Origin: Bigelowiella natans CCMP2755
Taxonomy: Eukaryota; Protista; Cercozoa
Direction: 5' to 3'
Assembly (NCBI GenBank): GCA_000320545.1
Contig: ADNK01001927.1
Location: forward strand, 62,001 to 126,000
DNA length: 64,000 nt
Positions 24,875 through 39,457 of this stretch are shown piece after piece. The notes below the pieces were generated by a model. The model saw only the letters and a list, made by a program, of their open reading frames with translations, was not told the origin of the DNA and did not search any database. Positions within the stretch are counted from its first letter, which is position 1, and every line of letters starts with the position of its first letter. Position numbers and translations under genes: made by a program.

Positions 24875-26863
24875 ACACATAGTTGTCATGATGATGACGA
24901 TGATGATGATGATGATGATACAGTAGGGAGGAATACTTAAATCGTTGATGTCATCATCCTCATTATCCTTATGTGAATTTAAACAAAATAGAGCAAATCG
25001 TCTATCCTCTGCACACTATCCATCCACCGTCAAACAGTGACACTACTGGCGACTAATATTACTCCTAACTCGTCACCACCACTACTACTGTTACAAAACG
25101 CATTTCTACCAACGACGGGACCCCCAATCGGTACGTTGGTAAAACCAAGAGAAGACAAAAACTTTGTGAGTTTGTTGCTAATTCACATCAAATAATGCCG
25201 CTTGTAAGTACAACAGTAATCAAGGTTGATTGAAGTCAGAGTTTGGGGGGCAAACAACGGATGACTTGATGACGATATTATTCTAATGAATTACGAAACA
25301 ACACCATCGGCATCTATCGATTCATAAGTAACGTCCTTTTCTCTGAGTGAGAGGTCACGAATAGTAGTAGCAGTAACAGGGGACACTAGTTATTTCTACC
25401 TTTGGTTTGGTGCTACATCAACTTTGCCTGCACATCAGCGAACATAATAATGGCAGCATATTTCGGTGAGGACTGCTTCAACTTAATGTTCAAAAATTGA
25501 AATCCAAATTTATTGATTCTTGTTATCGTCACCTGCCATAAAGTCAAGTCCATAGTGTCTTTCCAAAGCTACATGGAAGAAGGAAGAGGAGGAGGAGGAG
25601 GAGTAGGAGGAGAAGCGAAGATTAGGAGCGATTATGATTATACATCAAGAGAAAGAATGATGAGATAAATGAAAACGACACTACGGCAAGAAGATATTAG
25701 GAAAGAAGGAGTACGTTGTATACAAACCTGCATAGAAGATAGATGCGCTTATTCCGTTTGCCAATGCAAAAGGTAACACCTTGCGGATAATAAGAGCAGC
25801 AGTAGAAACTTGTGCATCATTTACGGTATCATCGTATCACCAATCGTATTACTAGCCATATTAATGTGAATCAGGGCTGCTCTCACTTCATCACAGAAAA
25901 AAAATAGGTTTAAGGGGAGATTTAACCCGCCCGTGAGAACAACAAATGTACTAGAAAGTAAGTATAGTACGATTTCTCCATGATGAGCCATGAATGGTAT
26001 TATCGTACGGAAAAGCATCGTATAAGCTCCTCCTCCAAACTAATTCACATTATCACGTAATATATTCACGACAACAACAACAACATATTAGTTCAAGTAT
26101 CTACTTCACATATGAAATACGAAGATACCGCGATAAGGGTTGAATATTTCAAAATAATCCCTTGCAAAGTGCTCGGTCGGTACTGGTACCTAAAATATCG
26201 AATGGGGAAGAAGAAGAAGAAGAAGAAGAAGAAGAAGAAGAAGGGTACTCAAGAATGGAGGATGGTGACTAGCACGGACCAAGAGGAGGGTGTTTTCTAT
26301 CACCATGCAGCGAATATCCCAGCGGTTGCAAATACGGGCGTGAAAACTCCAGCAGATGCTCCTACTAAAGCGACACGAACGGCAAATGGAGGCACGGTTT
26401 CTACTTCCTGCCTTGCGTTTACATCGCTACTGTTGCTGTTTTCATCTTTGCCAGACGAAAGCTTTTGGGGTTCACTTTCCTTTATACCATTAGTACCACT
26501 TGATATCAATCGGTATTTATTCAGAAGTGCACTGCTTCGTGCCAGGGTTGTCCCGTAACCTGAAGAGAGAGATTCGTGGAATTGATACTCGAGAGCAACA
26601 TCGTATATCAGAGAAGAACCTGCTTCCAACTTCCTAGCCCTTCCACAATAACTTCTGTAGCTCGAGATTGAACATCGTTGCCTGAAATCGTTGGTGTCAA
26701 TCAGGTAGTAATCTTTACTATCGGATATATAATGCGAAAAGGTGCAACTGACTGACCTCTGGAAGAGAGTCTGCAAAGCGAGTAATCGAGTAGGATTCCT
26801 GAAGAAGAATGAGGACCTCGATGATGCCGCCCTCCCCCTATTTCGTACTATAGCGGAGTACAT
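18933..26863 (-). CDS. Large multi-exon hypothetical membrane protein, possible mitochondrial presequence
   Basis: First exon lies in ORF 26300-27103 (ATG 26863, Arg/Ser-rich N-terminus, hydrophobic Gly/Ala-rich segments). Further short exons lie among microsatellite-filled introns; plausible last exon ...AAVLAYFNR-stop at 18933. Exon chain only partly reconstructed. Confidence 0.45.
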
Positions 26864-27590
26864 TATGAGCCGTCGATAGCCCTTCAAGTATCTGTGCGGT
26901 GATAGGGAGGGGTAAGCTCTCCTAACAGGAAGAAGAATGAATGACTGGTCGCTCGTCCTACTAGCAAATCTCAAGATGATCTCCGTGAGATCTGAACGAC
27001 AAAACAACAACAACGACGACAACAACTGGATTTGGTACAAAATCATCCAACCGCAAAAAAGATTCCACAATTTATTAGTGTGACTGTGATTTCCAATTTC
27101 CACACACTAATTCTACTTCCGAGTTCCAGATTTCTATGATAAATGGGATGAAAACAGGGCATTTTTAGCATGCGTCAAGTTCAAATTCTTTATAGTAGAT
27201 AAATCGCAAACGTGACTCTCACACCTCCGCTAGTGCTTGCCAATCAGTGCTTGAGTAAATTCCTACACACGCAGAAAATGTACAATTTTGATGTGAGAGG
27301 ATTTGGATAGCACAAGCAACCATTGTTGAATCTGTTAGAATCAACATTTAATTGTAAACACCTTAGTAATGCCCACGAATATACCGAATGTAGGAATTAA
27401 GGAAGCGGGGGGAAATCGGGAAAATGGGAATGACGTGCAGTCAACCTCGACCTCAATATTCCCGAAACCTATGCTGCTCTAGTGCATCATCGCATGTAAA
27501 TGCCACTTCACTAAGGTTTTGCATCACATTCGAAAGTTTACGGTAATATATAAATACAACAAATACAAAAATACTGTTTGTACAATTTCA

Positions 27591-28485
27591 GTGACCAGCA
27601 AGCCGCTCAACTTCGAGCACAGAAGGATAGGATTGAAGAATTGGAAGCTAGACAAAAGGAGCTTGAAGCCAGACAGAATGAATGGATGCTGGAGAAAGAA
27701 CTTCTAACTTCTGCCCAGGAGTCTGAACATCACGATGCAAATCATAGCTCTTCGCTAAGCTCTGGAACAGACGATAAACCAGCAGGCCAGATATCTATCG
27801 ATAGAACAGGACAGGATTCTGGAAGACTAGTTATACCAGGTCACTCACGTCCAATTAGGAGGATGCGGCAGTATAGCATAGTGAGCAATGCAAGCCATCC
27901 AAGCCAAACCAGCCATCGAAGTCACAACGTTACTTTAATTGAAGAAGATTTTCGGAATTCTGATGAAGGACACCTCGAACCAAATGCCTCTGCTGTGGGC
28001 ATATGGGCTGATGAAATGGAAGAGTTCCCAATACCAGTTGGCCCATCAACACCAGGTTGTACACTAGCTACATCTGCCACTCTGAGTTGTTTTTTGATTG
28101 ATTAATTACATAATGTGAACATCGTTTTTTAAACATTCCATCAGTTTTGGATGGTTCATTTACAAACAAGAACACGAGGAACAGTGGAACCAAGTTTTAC
28201 GCTGGGCTAGCACCTCCAGTGGCGATGTTTAGATCTGAGAGCGACTTTTCTTTAATGTCGATAGATACTCCAAATCATCACAGCAAATCTACTCCTGAAA
28301 TAAGTAATCACTTTCTCAACAAGTTGGCTTCTAATAACAATGAAGGGACTGACTCAGACAAATCCCAGCAGGGTTCACCGGTGGCGGTATCATCTTCCAG
28401 AAATTGCAGAAAATCTTCGAGGGCATCAACCAAAACATCAACTAGTCTAGCCGATGGCCATTCAAAGCGTGAAACTAAGATGTGA
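27591..28485 (+). CDS. Hypothetical low-complexity/coiled-coil protein exons
   Basis: ORFs 27578-28105 and 28147-28485 separated by a probable GT-AG intron; 5' end not identified. Confidence 0.45.
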
Positions 28486-28489
28486 TCCT

Positions 28490-31010
28490 TAATTGATTGT
28501 CACCATTGTCACACTACTTGACAATTTGCATGTCAGTTGTTGCTGTGTTCATGTTGGTGTACAACTCACTAAAAATTTTCCCAATGCTCATCTCGTCTAT
28601 GTGTTGATGCAAGCAATCATGAAAATGTACGAGCAGGCGGTCACAGAATTTGCTCCACGTGAAGGAAGCTCAGAAAGGCCGCAAGCGCGGAAGCTGGCAC
28701 GGAAAAAAAGGTGTGCATTGCTAACTTTGGCACGAGCGAACAGCACCGATGATTTCGGATGAGGACGCCATTCGTCGTTGATGCATGTGCAGCACAACAC
28801 AAACCTGCCAGGCTAGCAGGGCTCTCGAAATGGTCGCCGGTGTTGGATCCCGTGCCAACGAAAGCTGGAAAGCCACACCCGCCATGGGAATGGATGGCAA
28901 CGGTCATCATGATGATCATGGAAAATTGCGAAGGTCACAGCATTCCATCGATGGCATCTGTGCTCATGCCAACGCACAGGCCTAGAGGCAGCAGTGGCAG
29001 CAGTCTAGCAGTGGCAGCAGTGGCAATGGCAACAGGAACAGGATTTGTTGGAATGACACCCTCCAACTTGCGGAATCGCAGTTGAGGCCAACGCGATTTT
29101 CCTCCCGAGCTAGCGAGGCAACCTGCGAGCCGGCCAGCAACCTGTGAAAGATGCATCCGCGTTGGGAAATGAGATTTTGGAACACTTGATGTCATGCAGT
29201 CATGCAGCTCGACCCGCCTCGGGACGAACGATGTGCACAGCTAGACAGTGCCAGAGTGGGATGCGTTCAATGGGGTGGGGTTGGACTGACACGGCCTGTT
29301 TTCACCACCATGCCAGCATGGCTCCAAAGACTGCTCCGATGTTGACAATTGAGCTGACAATCGCGACACAAACAAATGGGCAGAGTTGGGAAAGCGTTGA
29401 GATTCGAAAGTCCCAGTCAAAGTTTGTGAATGTGATGATGGATCTGAAGCTGCCCGAGGCGATGGGTCCACAGGGGGCTTGGTCCATGGCCCATGAGGCC
29501 ACGTGGCGCACGCACGTGCGAACATGTGCAGTTCAGTGCACACGTTCTTTGCAACATGCTCTGTTCATGTGCATTTTTTGCCCACACATGTCCCAATTGG
29601 GGTGTCTGTTGTCATGTTGCGCTCACACCCGCCCACCATTTGCTGCTACCTGAAACGAGAGCCCGTTTGAGAGCTGGCATTGTCACCATCACAGTCCATC
29701 ACGTTGAACACGTTCACAGAATTTTCGCCTGATGATGGTGCAGGTGCGTTTTGATCAAAGCACGGTGTTGATTGACGAATTAACGAACAACGAGGCATGG
29801 AGGACTGGAGGAATTGACGAGATTGCAATTCAGAGTTGGGGTTGTTTCTGTTCTTTCGCGTGGAAGTCAACAGCAAAGTGTGCAGCTTTCCATCTCATCT
29901 CCCACTCCCTCCCCATTGCCGCACATCGCAGGGAGAGAAGGGCAAGCAAAACGAAGCGTTCGCCCTAAAATGAGTGCTCCTGACCCGGCTGACGTTGCGC
30001 AGACACAGAGAGCCAGTCTCGCTGCACTTTCCTGCAAAGTTTTGATGAACTCGGAGATGAAAAATGGATTGTCTTCAAGTTGCAAAAAGAAGGCATTGAA
30101 AGTGGTGAAGGTGCAAACGTTCATTGTGTTCTGATGTGACTTTTGTTTGCAATCTTTTTGTTCGCACTTGCTAGCTTGGATTGCACATGCATCCATTTGC
30201 ATTGTCAGGACGTTGGTCATCGTTCGAATTTCTGCACTGGTTTCAATCTTCGTTCTTGTGTGGGACACCGTTCCCTTCCGTTTTGGACTCGTGAGAATTC
30301 CTTGCAAAAAGATGACTCCCCTTGCAGCTGTCTTTCCTGTAGGAACCTTGCTCACACTTGCCATGGCACCAGACAGAGGGGCACGATGTGGTTCTTGCGA
30401 GCACGAAACTTGCACTTGTGGTCGGTCACAATCATTGGTTCACGCAGCTCGCTCAGTGCACGTGGTGTGTTCAGTGTTCAACGATGAGAACCTCACCAAC
30501 CTCACTGGTGCAAAAACGTGAAACCAGCACGATGGGAAAATGGTGTGCGTGACTGCGCTGGGAAGCAGCACCGGCACAACTGAAGCAGGGACGGAAAAGA
30601 ACAACGCAGCGCATCCACTCTGACCAGGAACTTCCTGAAGGCTCTGTCAATGAGACGATCCTGGTCCCAGATCACCACTAGATGTCACACAGAGGGCTCA
30701 CTTGACAAAACCACAGTTCTGAAGGAGTCAGAACCACCACCAGTGAAGGAATTGTGGACGGAGATGGATGCCAGGTGCCAACAAGCAGACCTCGCACCGG
30801 ACTGCCGGACTGGTCTGGTTCCAACATCGTCCAAGTTAGAGCAGTGATGGACAAGGTAGTCCACACATTGGACAGCATCGACGCCACAAAGGGGTCAAAT
30901 CGAGAAGCTAGGAAGCAGGTTGTGGATTCTGGCCCGGTGTTCTTCTGTGTCCTGTGTCGTCTCAGCTCGCAGCTGCATCTCGAGATTCACTCCTGTCGCA
31001 TTGACTAGAT
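28490..31010. other. TpA-erased block of unidentified origin (decayed repeat or pseudogene)
   Basis: Very few TA dinucleotides, many of them inside CTAG; overlapping ORFs are Cys/His-rich and almost Tyr-free. Confidence 0.75.
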
Positions 31011-31178
31011 TGACTAGTTGATTAGAAAGTTGGTAGGATGCTTGTCGCAGTGTCGGTAACGTAGATGCAAACCTTGCTACGACAACACATCACGCCGTAC
31101 TACCATCTTTAGATTCAGCCGTTTTTGCCATGAAACAACGGCATATCTCAAACACGCTACACGGACATATCGAGAACA

Positions 31179-31248
31179 ATGGCTTCTAAGGAGAACAAAG
31201 AGGAGGATGAAGCTCTTGCGAAGTACAAGGCGCAGCTTTTGAAGGGGG

Positions 31249-31289
<41 letters not shown>

Positions 31290-32124
31290 GAGAGGGAGAG
31301 AGAAGGAGAGAAGAAATAAAGGAGAAATCATTAGCAACAAGGAGAAACATGGAGAAGGAAGGGGGAGGAAGGGAGAGAAGAAATGCAATTCACAAAGAGG
31401 AGAAGGGAGAGCATGAAAGAAGTGAAATATTAAAGAGGGGGTAAAGGGAGGGGGGGGAATCAGTAGAAAGATACGTTACACATCTTAAAACATATTTTTG
31501 TTCATGAAGATGGAGAACCCTTTCCCAGACGATCCCCGCAAGGTAATCGCAAAGAAGTTCTTCTGTAATATCAACGGGAAATTGGAGGAGTTTGACTTGG
31601 AAGATTCAAAATCTGAAATGACAATAAAGCTGAAGGTAAATAGTTCTGTGAATTTGGATGTGCGGATTAGTTGATGTGGGAGATACTTGTTTACATGTGA
31701 CCATCCTAGGAAGGATCCCAGTTCAAATTCGGAATAGGCTTCTACACTAACCACGAAATTTCAAATGGGCTAAAAATGAAGCTCACTGTGAAAGGAAAGC
31801 TTGTCGGTGCCTACTCAGAGGATTACTTAATGGGATCCTTCTTGCCCAAGAAAGAGATGCACCAGTGGGTTGAGAAGGACTTTTCCGAAGCGCCTTCTGG
31901 GTGAATTTTTCGTTTTTTACATGATTTTTGTTATTGAAAAAGCACAATGTGGAAGCACATGTCTACGGCCTGGTTACGTTTTTGTTCATTTTTTCTTATT
32001 CTGATTTAACTAATTTTTTGATAGCATGACGAAACGGGGAACCTACACAGGAAATGGCAGTCTGTACGACCGAGAGGGGAAGAAATACTGCGACTGGACG
32101 TTCAAATTCACGATCACCAAGTGA
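31179..32124 (+). CDS. Rho GDP-dissociation inhibitor (Rho GDI), 4 exons
   Basis: Spliced: MASKENKEEDEALAKYKAQLL / PFPDDPRKV...IKLK / EGSQFKF...NHEISNGLK...MGSFLP...EAPSG / MTKRGTY...DWTFKFTITK-stop; these are classic RhoGDI motifs. Confidence 0.92.
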
Positions 32125-32644
32125 TGCAAGGATTTGCTTTATGTTTTCAGCTTGTTGAAATTGATTTGTTTGTGCGTGCACATTGTAGCGGAATCTGCTA
32201 GTAATCAATTGAAGAACACCAAACAAATATGCCAGACTGATGCGACGTGAAAGTAGTGTGTGCTTGGCGGGTGGCCGCAGCAAAATGCGTCATCTAAATG
32301 TTGTGTGCTGCTAGCCGCGCTACAGCAGACAGCTCGCTATGACGACAGGCGCACGCAGACCCTGGCGGTGGCGCTAGGCGGGTCACATCACATGCAATAT
32401 ACATGCTAGCATGCATGCACTCGTTTTAAATTTTGGTCTGCACGGCGTGCACATCTAGATACATGATGAATGCATGCACATATGCTAATAACATGTGGTT
32501 CTATTTCAACGCATTTTTAATGGCATATCTCAAAAGATCATGAGTATTTAGCATTGTAATTTTCAGCTCAGCGGATTTTCATGCTAGTTTATAACCACAA
32601 ATAAATGCGATGTTTAATAAAATTGATATCATCAGCATGTGCAA

Positions 32645-33188
32645 CTATAAGCCAAGTAGGTCTAGGGACCCTTTCCCCTGCCGCAGCACCTGTAGAAAGA
32701 AATGCACGAGCAATGATTTCTAATGGCTTGATGGGGCAACAATGGGCTTAATCAGGATGTTTGGAATAACCATCGTAAAATGGTTGCGAGTATTTTCAGA
32801 ATAATATAAGAATTCATTTAAATTAATATGTTCTCATTGCCTTAGGTTCCCCTTTCGTGAAGTCGATGATAGTCGATACAGACCTGCCAAATATCGTGGT
32901 TGTGTTCTGTGTGCTGATAATGATAATGATGATAAAAAATAACAAAAAATACGTCCGTAGTAACTACCCCAAGCTATCTTCTTGGGCCATTACGAAATCA
33001 ACCTGATTATGAAGATGATGATGATGAGGGTGAGGGTGCTCATATTAACACCGCGTGACGACGAAAGAACTAACGAAATGCTGTCGGGGAAATCCATTAC
33101 CTTTCCAACCCATGTGTTCTCAACATCTTCTAAAGAGCATGCGACTTTAGGATCGCTCCAGAATGGCACAGAGGTGCAAACCTGCATT

Positions 33189-33221
<33 letters not shown>

Positions 33222-33341
33222 GTAACTAGCATGATCATAATTATCTATCTATCTATTCATGCGTTTTCTCTTAACCATTGCAATCGAATAGTTGATAGTT
33301 GTCGTCTTCGTGTTTACTGGCATGATATCTATTTGCTATTA

Positions 33342-33384
<43 letters not shown>

Positions 33385-33753
33385 TATTTATTCTCATCTA
33401 GCTCAGTACCAAGGGCTCGTCTATATTGTCCATAATTTCTCGGAGAATGTCGTTGTCAGGGATGCGAATTCCAACCTAAGAATCGTCATTAGACGTGTAG
33501 GATGATAATGAGATGGTGATGATGACGATGAGAATGCAGAGCTCTCCTCTCCTCACATAAATTTATTTTTAGCTATTGTTGATCAATTCTGCTGTGATGC
33601 ATTTGTCTTCTAATTATCAACATCCTATACATCGACTCTAAAGACTCCAAACTGCTGGTGTTTCCCCACCCATACATGGCCTCAAATCGACATGACCCTA
33701 TACCTCTTTGCAAGCCTCAATATCGACCGTCATTATCATTATAATTCATTCAG

Positions 33754-33793
<40 letters not shown>

Positions 33794-34523
33794 CCTTTCG
33801 TTTCCAAGTACGTTTCTGGTTGCGGTGCTCGATGACAAATTTAGGCAGCTTGTTTGTAGTCGGCAAGATGAATGTGTAGGGTCCTGATTAAACGTAGTAC
33901 TTAATAAAACTACCACGATTTTGGAAAGCGCTAGGTCAGTTTCATTCATTCTTCTTATCTAATCACCTGGCAGTGACTTCTTGAGGATCTTGAACGTACT
34001 GACAAATGAATAAGAATAATCAATGCGCACTCGATACTACCGAAAACAATAGATAGTAAATTATGTGCCAGAGTTTTAGCTTTTCTGTCGTAAATATGAT
34101 TGATGCCGCCGTCGCAATGATTAATTATCCATATATTTGTATTGTACATATAATTATCCACATATTTGTATTGTGTATTATCCAGTAATATTCCTCCTAT
34201 TCTCATATTGGTTGGTCTTATTCGTGACAAGTCGTGAGCTGCTGCTTGTTACTACTACTGCTGCTACTACTACTAATGCGATGCTTCACCCCATACTCCC
34301 TATCTTAATAACCACTTGATCGGATTCCACATTACCTGTCGGGGAGCTGGTCGGTGTATTTTTGCACCTGCATTATGAGATTCGATGAGGAGGAGGGGGA
34401 AGGTGTCATGATAATCCTGGTTGTGACAGTAGTCAGTAGTAGTGCTGATGATAAGCAACAATACCTGCTGAATGTCTTTGCAAAGCAAGCTCATCCCTTT
34501 CTTCCACTGCATTTGCCCTATTA

Positions 34524-34557
<34 letters not shown>

Positions 34558-35119
34558 TATTATTATTATTATCATCATTATATCGTTTTCTTTGTCATTT
34601 TGGTTGAAATAACTTACAAGCGACTTCGTCGTCATTAGCTTCGCTAGGAGGCTCCTTGATCTAGTAGCATCCACAAATCGAATCAGTCATACCGAAAACT
34701 TGAATTCTGCACATTTTATTATTATGTAGAATAATTTATGCATCTAAAATCTAAGAACATCCTGGAGTAGTACTACTTTCTGCATTTCGGTGATAGCTGC
34801 ATATATGTGTAATGGGGTCATTCATTAGGGGTAAGCTGCAACAAGATCAATCAACAGCCTGGCCGCATACTGCATCCCCTGCCGCTGTGTACTGCTGCTG
34901 CTGCTGCTGCTGCAGCTGCTGCTGCTACTACTACCAAATAATTAGACTATGTTAATTCCAGTAGTAAGTAGGTAGTAATACCTTGTACATTCGCTCTACT
35001 CCTTCTTTATTGCCAAGCTAAAGGTGAAGAACAAATAGGTCGGAGGACCACATGGTGGTGACTAAGCGTGTTGGGTAATTTCTGGCATTCGGCTCCCGTA
35101 TGCGCACGTGCGTGTGTAG

Positions 35120-35151
<32 letters not shown>

Positions 35152-35809
35152 AATGTTGTGGTGCTGTGTAAGCAGTTGTTTGGTTATTGCTTGCGTTTTT
35201 GCTACAATTTCCACCTTGCACACAAACGCATAGGACGTATCGGTCGGTATGACTCCCACTTCTCCACTACCATAATATGACATACGACAAATGTCATTAA
35301 TATGCAACGAAGAAGACTCCATCTCTCTTTACAATACTTGTTGAGTAGCTCTGCAGCTCTCATCGGCGTGTCAACTTGTAACTCATGATCTGTAGATGAG
35401 TAATTTACTATTTGATTGAAGAACTGAATCAAGAAGGTCACTCATGCAATGGCCATAGAACAGAGCTGGGAGCTTCATAGTACCTGTCTCTTTCGCCAAA
35501 CTGTTTACATGAACACCCAGAGAGAACCCACCAAGCCTTGACTTCTTACATCTTCTCCGATTTCTAACGAAAGATGTCCTCCCTGGTGCAAGTGATGAGT
35601 ATGTTGCTATATTCGACGAGACAATAGCCGCTGATCCAAGTTCGCTTGGCCCCCTCGTCGAGAGGACAACACACAAGGTTGCTGCAACCAAAAAACAACG
35701 GGATGCCTGTTAGATATCAGCCAAACATATAGTAACTTGCATTTTAATTACCTAATACTAGTCCTGATGTGAGAAAGATTGACAGTCGCGATGATTGGGA
35801 ATAGGCCAT
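32645..35809 (-). CDS. YrdC/Sua5 (YciO/TsaC-like) family protein with a bipartite plastid-targeting-like leader
   Basis: Exons give VGVIPTDTSYAFVC, MSLLCKDI, GPYTFILP, KRKE/VGIRIPD, EPL/VCTS, STIID, VLRQGKG; leader MAYSQSSRLSIFLTSGL/ASRCFLVAATLCVVL. Confidence 0.85.
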
Positions 35810-36487
35810 ATTTCTTGGGCTGCCATTCAATGGTGATTGAAAATACAAAGATAAATATTGAAGTATAATTCTTTCATCAGAGTTTAGAATACACTTGCAC
35901 CAAATCCCACGATGATCGGGGAAGGGAGGATTACAGTGGGTTGAACCAAATCCCAAGATGATCGGGGAAGGGGCATACAATAGGTAGTACCCTGGCAGGG
36001 AGGCAAAAGTTTGAGAATTGCGGATGATGTCCTTGAGGGGGAGGAACAGAGTTATGTGTCGTCGCACAACTTCAAATAATCTACCAAAGAATACAACCAG
36101 TTTTTATCCTACGACAACACAGAAAGGTTGACGCAATTATCAGACACACTTGCAACCACATGAGTGGACATCCGGTACCCCAACGCGCACTATTGTGAGC
36201 TCTTTGAGACACACATCCTCAGGATATCAGGATATCCAAAGCAACGAACCTCTACATTTTAAGTATTCGATTGTCGCTTTGTCTAAATGACCTGACTCAT
36301 AGTTGAGACTACAGTCTGAAATTTTCACAGTGGTCGATGACCTTCCGAAATACCAGGGGGATAAGTGAATACAGCAGAAAGCCTTCCTTTAAGTCACTAC
36401 GTCTTCGTGAAAATGCTAATTAAAAAGAAAATATAAAGGCATTATTGTTTTTTCTGCTACATACAAAATCTAATTTCCCTGTTCCCG

Positions 36488-39305
36488 ATGCCTTCCGGTA
36501 TGCCCCCCCCTCCTTGCATTTCGGTTTCAGCTTATTTATCTGAAAGTGTGTTTACAATTTTGTAAAGTCAACGATCCTTTGCTGGACCCTCAAATGAGGA
36601 AGGAAGGGTCATGCTGTTGCAGAAACCCTGCTGACAACCCCACTGGAGCAATAATTGCAGCGATCATTGCCACCATCGGTTGGTTTTGCATTCATTAAAA
36701 GAAAAACGAATGTATTAGAGTGATCTTAAGATTTCATAAACGTAGCTTGGCTCTTGTTAAGTTTGTGATGAGATCAAATCTAGACAGGCATGGATATTGC
36801 ATCAGTTTGTTTGTCCTCCTACAGGCTCCTTCATGTTTGGCTTCAATTTGGGATTCACCAGTCCGGCGCTGCCATCGTCAGTTGAAATATCAGCATGATG
36901 CAATATATGCAGCAATATATGCAGCAACTTGATGATTAAAATGGAATATGTGATTGAATAGCGATCCAATCTTTAATGTATTATAAATGTGTTCTCTAAC
37001 TGTTCGTGAACATTATGCTGATACTTATCATTCGTAGGATGGAGTGGGGATCTGATGCGGCCTTTTCCGATTGTTCAAGCTGGAACATGGTTAATATCTC
37101 GATGATATAGAAGAAAATCTCTTTTTATTAAATTTAGTTGTTGAGCCACCAAATATTTGCCTTCACCCAAATATGCATCGAATACCTTTTACTTACTTAT
37201 TTGTTTAGGAGGCAGCAGGGGGAGGTTATCTCTGCAAAGAGAGTTTACAAGGCAGCTTCTTTGCCTCCCTGATTAATATTGGAGCCATGTTGGGCGCTTT
37301 CTCAGGAGGCCCAATATCAGGTGGAAGAAACCATAATAATGATATTGGCTGAGATCATCAGTATTTTGGACTGCATCAATATCGAGTGCGTGCGGTCAGT
37401 GAGAGCGAACGATTTGTAATGATTTTCCGTAAGATTACCTTGGAAGAAAGATGGGAGTTATGCTGTCTTCCATCCCTCTTATACTCGGATGGGCATGGAT
37501 TGCAATAGAACAAAACTATTACGGACTCCTGGTATCATTATATTCGCATTAATCGTCGTTTATCAGAAGAGAAAGGAGGAGAAAAAAAAAGATGTAGGAG
37601 AAAATAGTGATTTGCTTTTCATATTTTGTGCTGTTACAATGTCCCTGAAAGTTAAAATTTACTCTGCCATTTCCTAATTCTAATGTAAATATACGTTCTG
37701 TTCCCCCCCCTTTCCCCCCCTTTTTATAGGCTGGGCGCATGTTAACAGGATTCGGGATGGGGATGGTTACAATTAGCGTAAATGTAAGTAGTAAAACCCC
37801 TATGAATGTGACGAGTTGCAACACTTATAATATCGTCATTCTCCTATGTCGTCATACAAAAAGGTGTACATAGCTGAAATATCCCCCAAAGAGCTTCGAG
37901 GGGCATTAGGGTCCTTATTTCAGGTAGTACGCAGTTTTTTGCAATGTTATCATTCTGATTGTTAGGGGGGAGGGGTGTTCAATCGCCAATGACTAGTAAT
38001 AATACGATAGTTAATGACAACATCGATTATAATAACCGGGCTCTTACTTGATATCATCATATTTGAACAAAATGATATACATCGAAGTAGTGCTTCTTCA
38101 CCGAACTCTGGTGTCTTTTCTCTTCTCTCATAATCGTGCTACTGCTGTCGTTTTCTCTTACATGAGCGCTTTCTCCTTCTCCATAGCTTTTTGCTGGCTA
38201 CTTATTTACTACTCTTGTTTCCTCCTCCCATCCGCCATCATTCACCAGCTCAACTTGACGATTGGTATCTTGTTCGTGTATCTTTTGGGGGAAGTGCTCA
38301 CGACATCGAAGGTAGAAGTTTGCAACCGATGAGTTAATAGAAGGAGGAGGAGGAGGAGGAGGAGGAGGAGGAGGAGAAGGAGAAGGAGGAGGAGGAAGAA
38401 GAAGAAGAAGAAGAAGGAGTAGTACTCAGTTATTGGCGACATAGCAAATGATAACAACTCGTCATTCGGTACAATTCTTTGTTCGGTCTTCTTGATCTTC
38501 TTAAGTCAGTTGATACGTACATGAATGCTCCTAATCCAATGGGATTTCATGGAGGTTCCCACCAGGAATGCGACTGGTATAATTCTTAACATAAAAGAGC
38601 AAGTTAACTATTACTAGTACTATTGCAGAAGGATCAAGTATAGATACTAGTATAGTAGTAGTATTGCAGATGGATCAAGTATGAGCACTAGTATGGCAAC
38701 AGTAACAGTCCTTTCATAAGATGTAGTAGTAGTAGTAGTAGTAGTAGTAGTCCCTATTTTTAATCTTCTGTGATGTATGGGAATGCGCTACTACACACTC
38801 AGGTGAGCTTACTATCACTCTTCCCAATCATATACTGCTGCTGCTGGTGTTGTTGTTAATCACAATAGGCGGCTGCTGTCGTGGGTAGGATGCGGTATTT
38901 CCACGATGATGTTCTTGGGCATGCTATTCATGCCGGAGTCACCAAAGTAATACGTAGTAGTATTACCATTTACTATAGGCTGCTGCTTATCTTCTTTCAC
39001 TGACACATTTAATACTACTGCTACTACTACTACTACTACTACTACTACATTGGGATTATTCAAATGAGTAAAAGATGAAAAACTGTCTATGCTACTATGT
39101 TAGTAATACTGATTTAGTATTAGATAAGTACTGCTTGTTACTACTATTCGAATATATGCTGTGTTAGTCCAGACTCACTCACGCACTAATGAATTCAATG
39201 ATAAGGATACATTTCTTACATTTTTTTGACCACTTCTCTTCTTAACAGATACCTCTTGTCCAACGGTCGCAGCGTTGAAGCTGTGGCGGTACTCAAATTC
39301 CTAAG

Positions 39306-39342
<37 letters not shown>

Positions 39343-39415
39343 TGCATGTTACTACTACTACCTACCTACCTACCTACCCACTACTGCTCTCAGCATTATT
39401 AGGTCTTGATCTTCG

Positions 39416-39457
<42 letters not shown>

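Noticed and set aside
19387-24878. Poly-L/V/Y/S/I ORFs as membrane or low-complexity proteins
   Set aside because: They are translations of intronic microsatellites.
28490-31010. Many overlapping Cys/His-rich ORFs here and at 46000-48550 and 58150-62650 as real genes or zinc fingers
   Set aside because: They are by-products of TA erasure, which removes TAA/TAG stops and turns Tyr into Cys/His.
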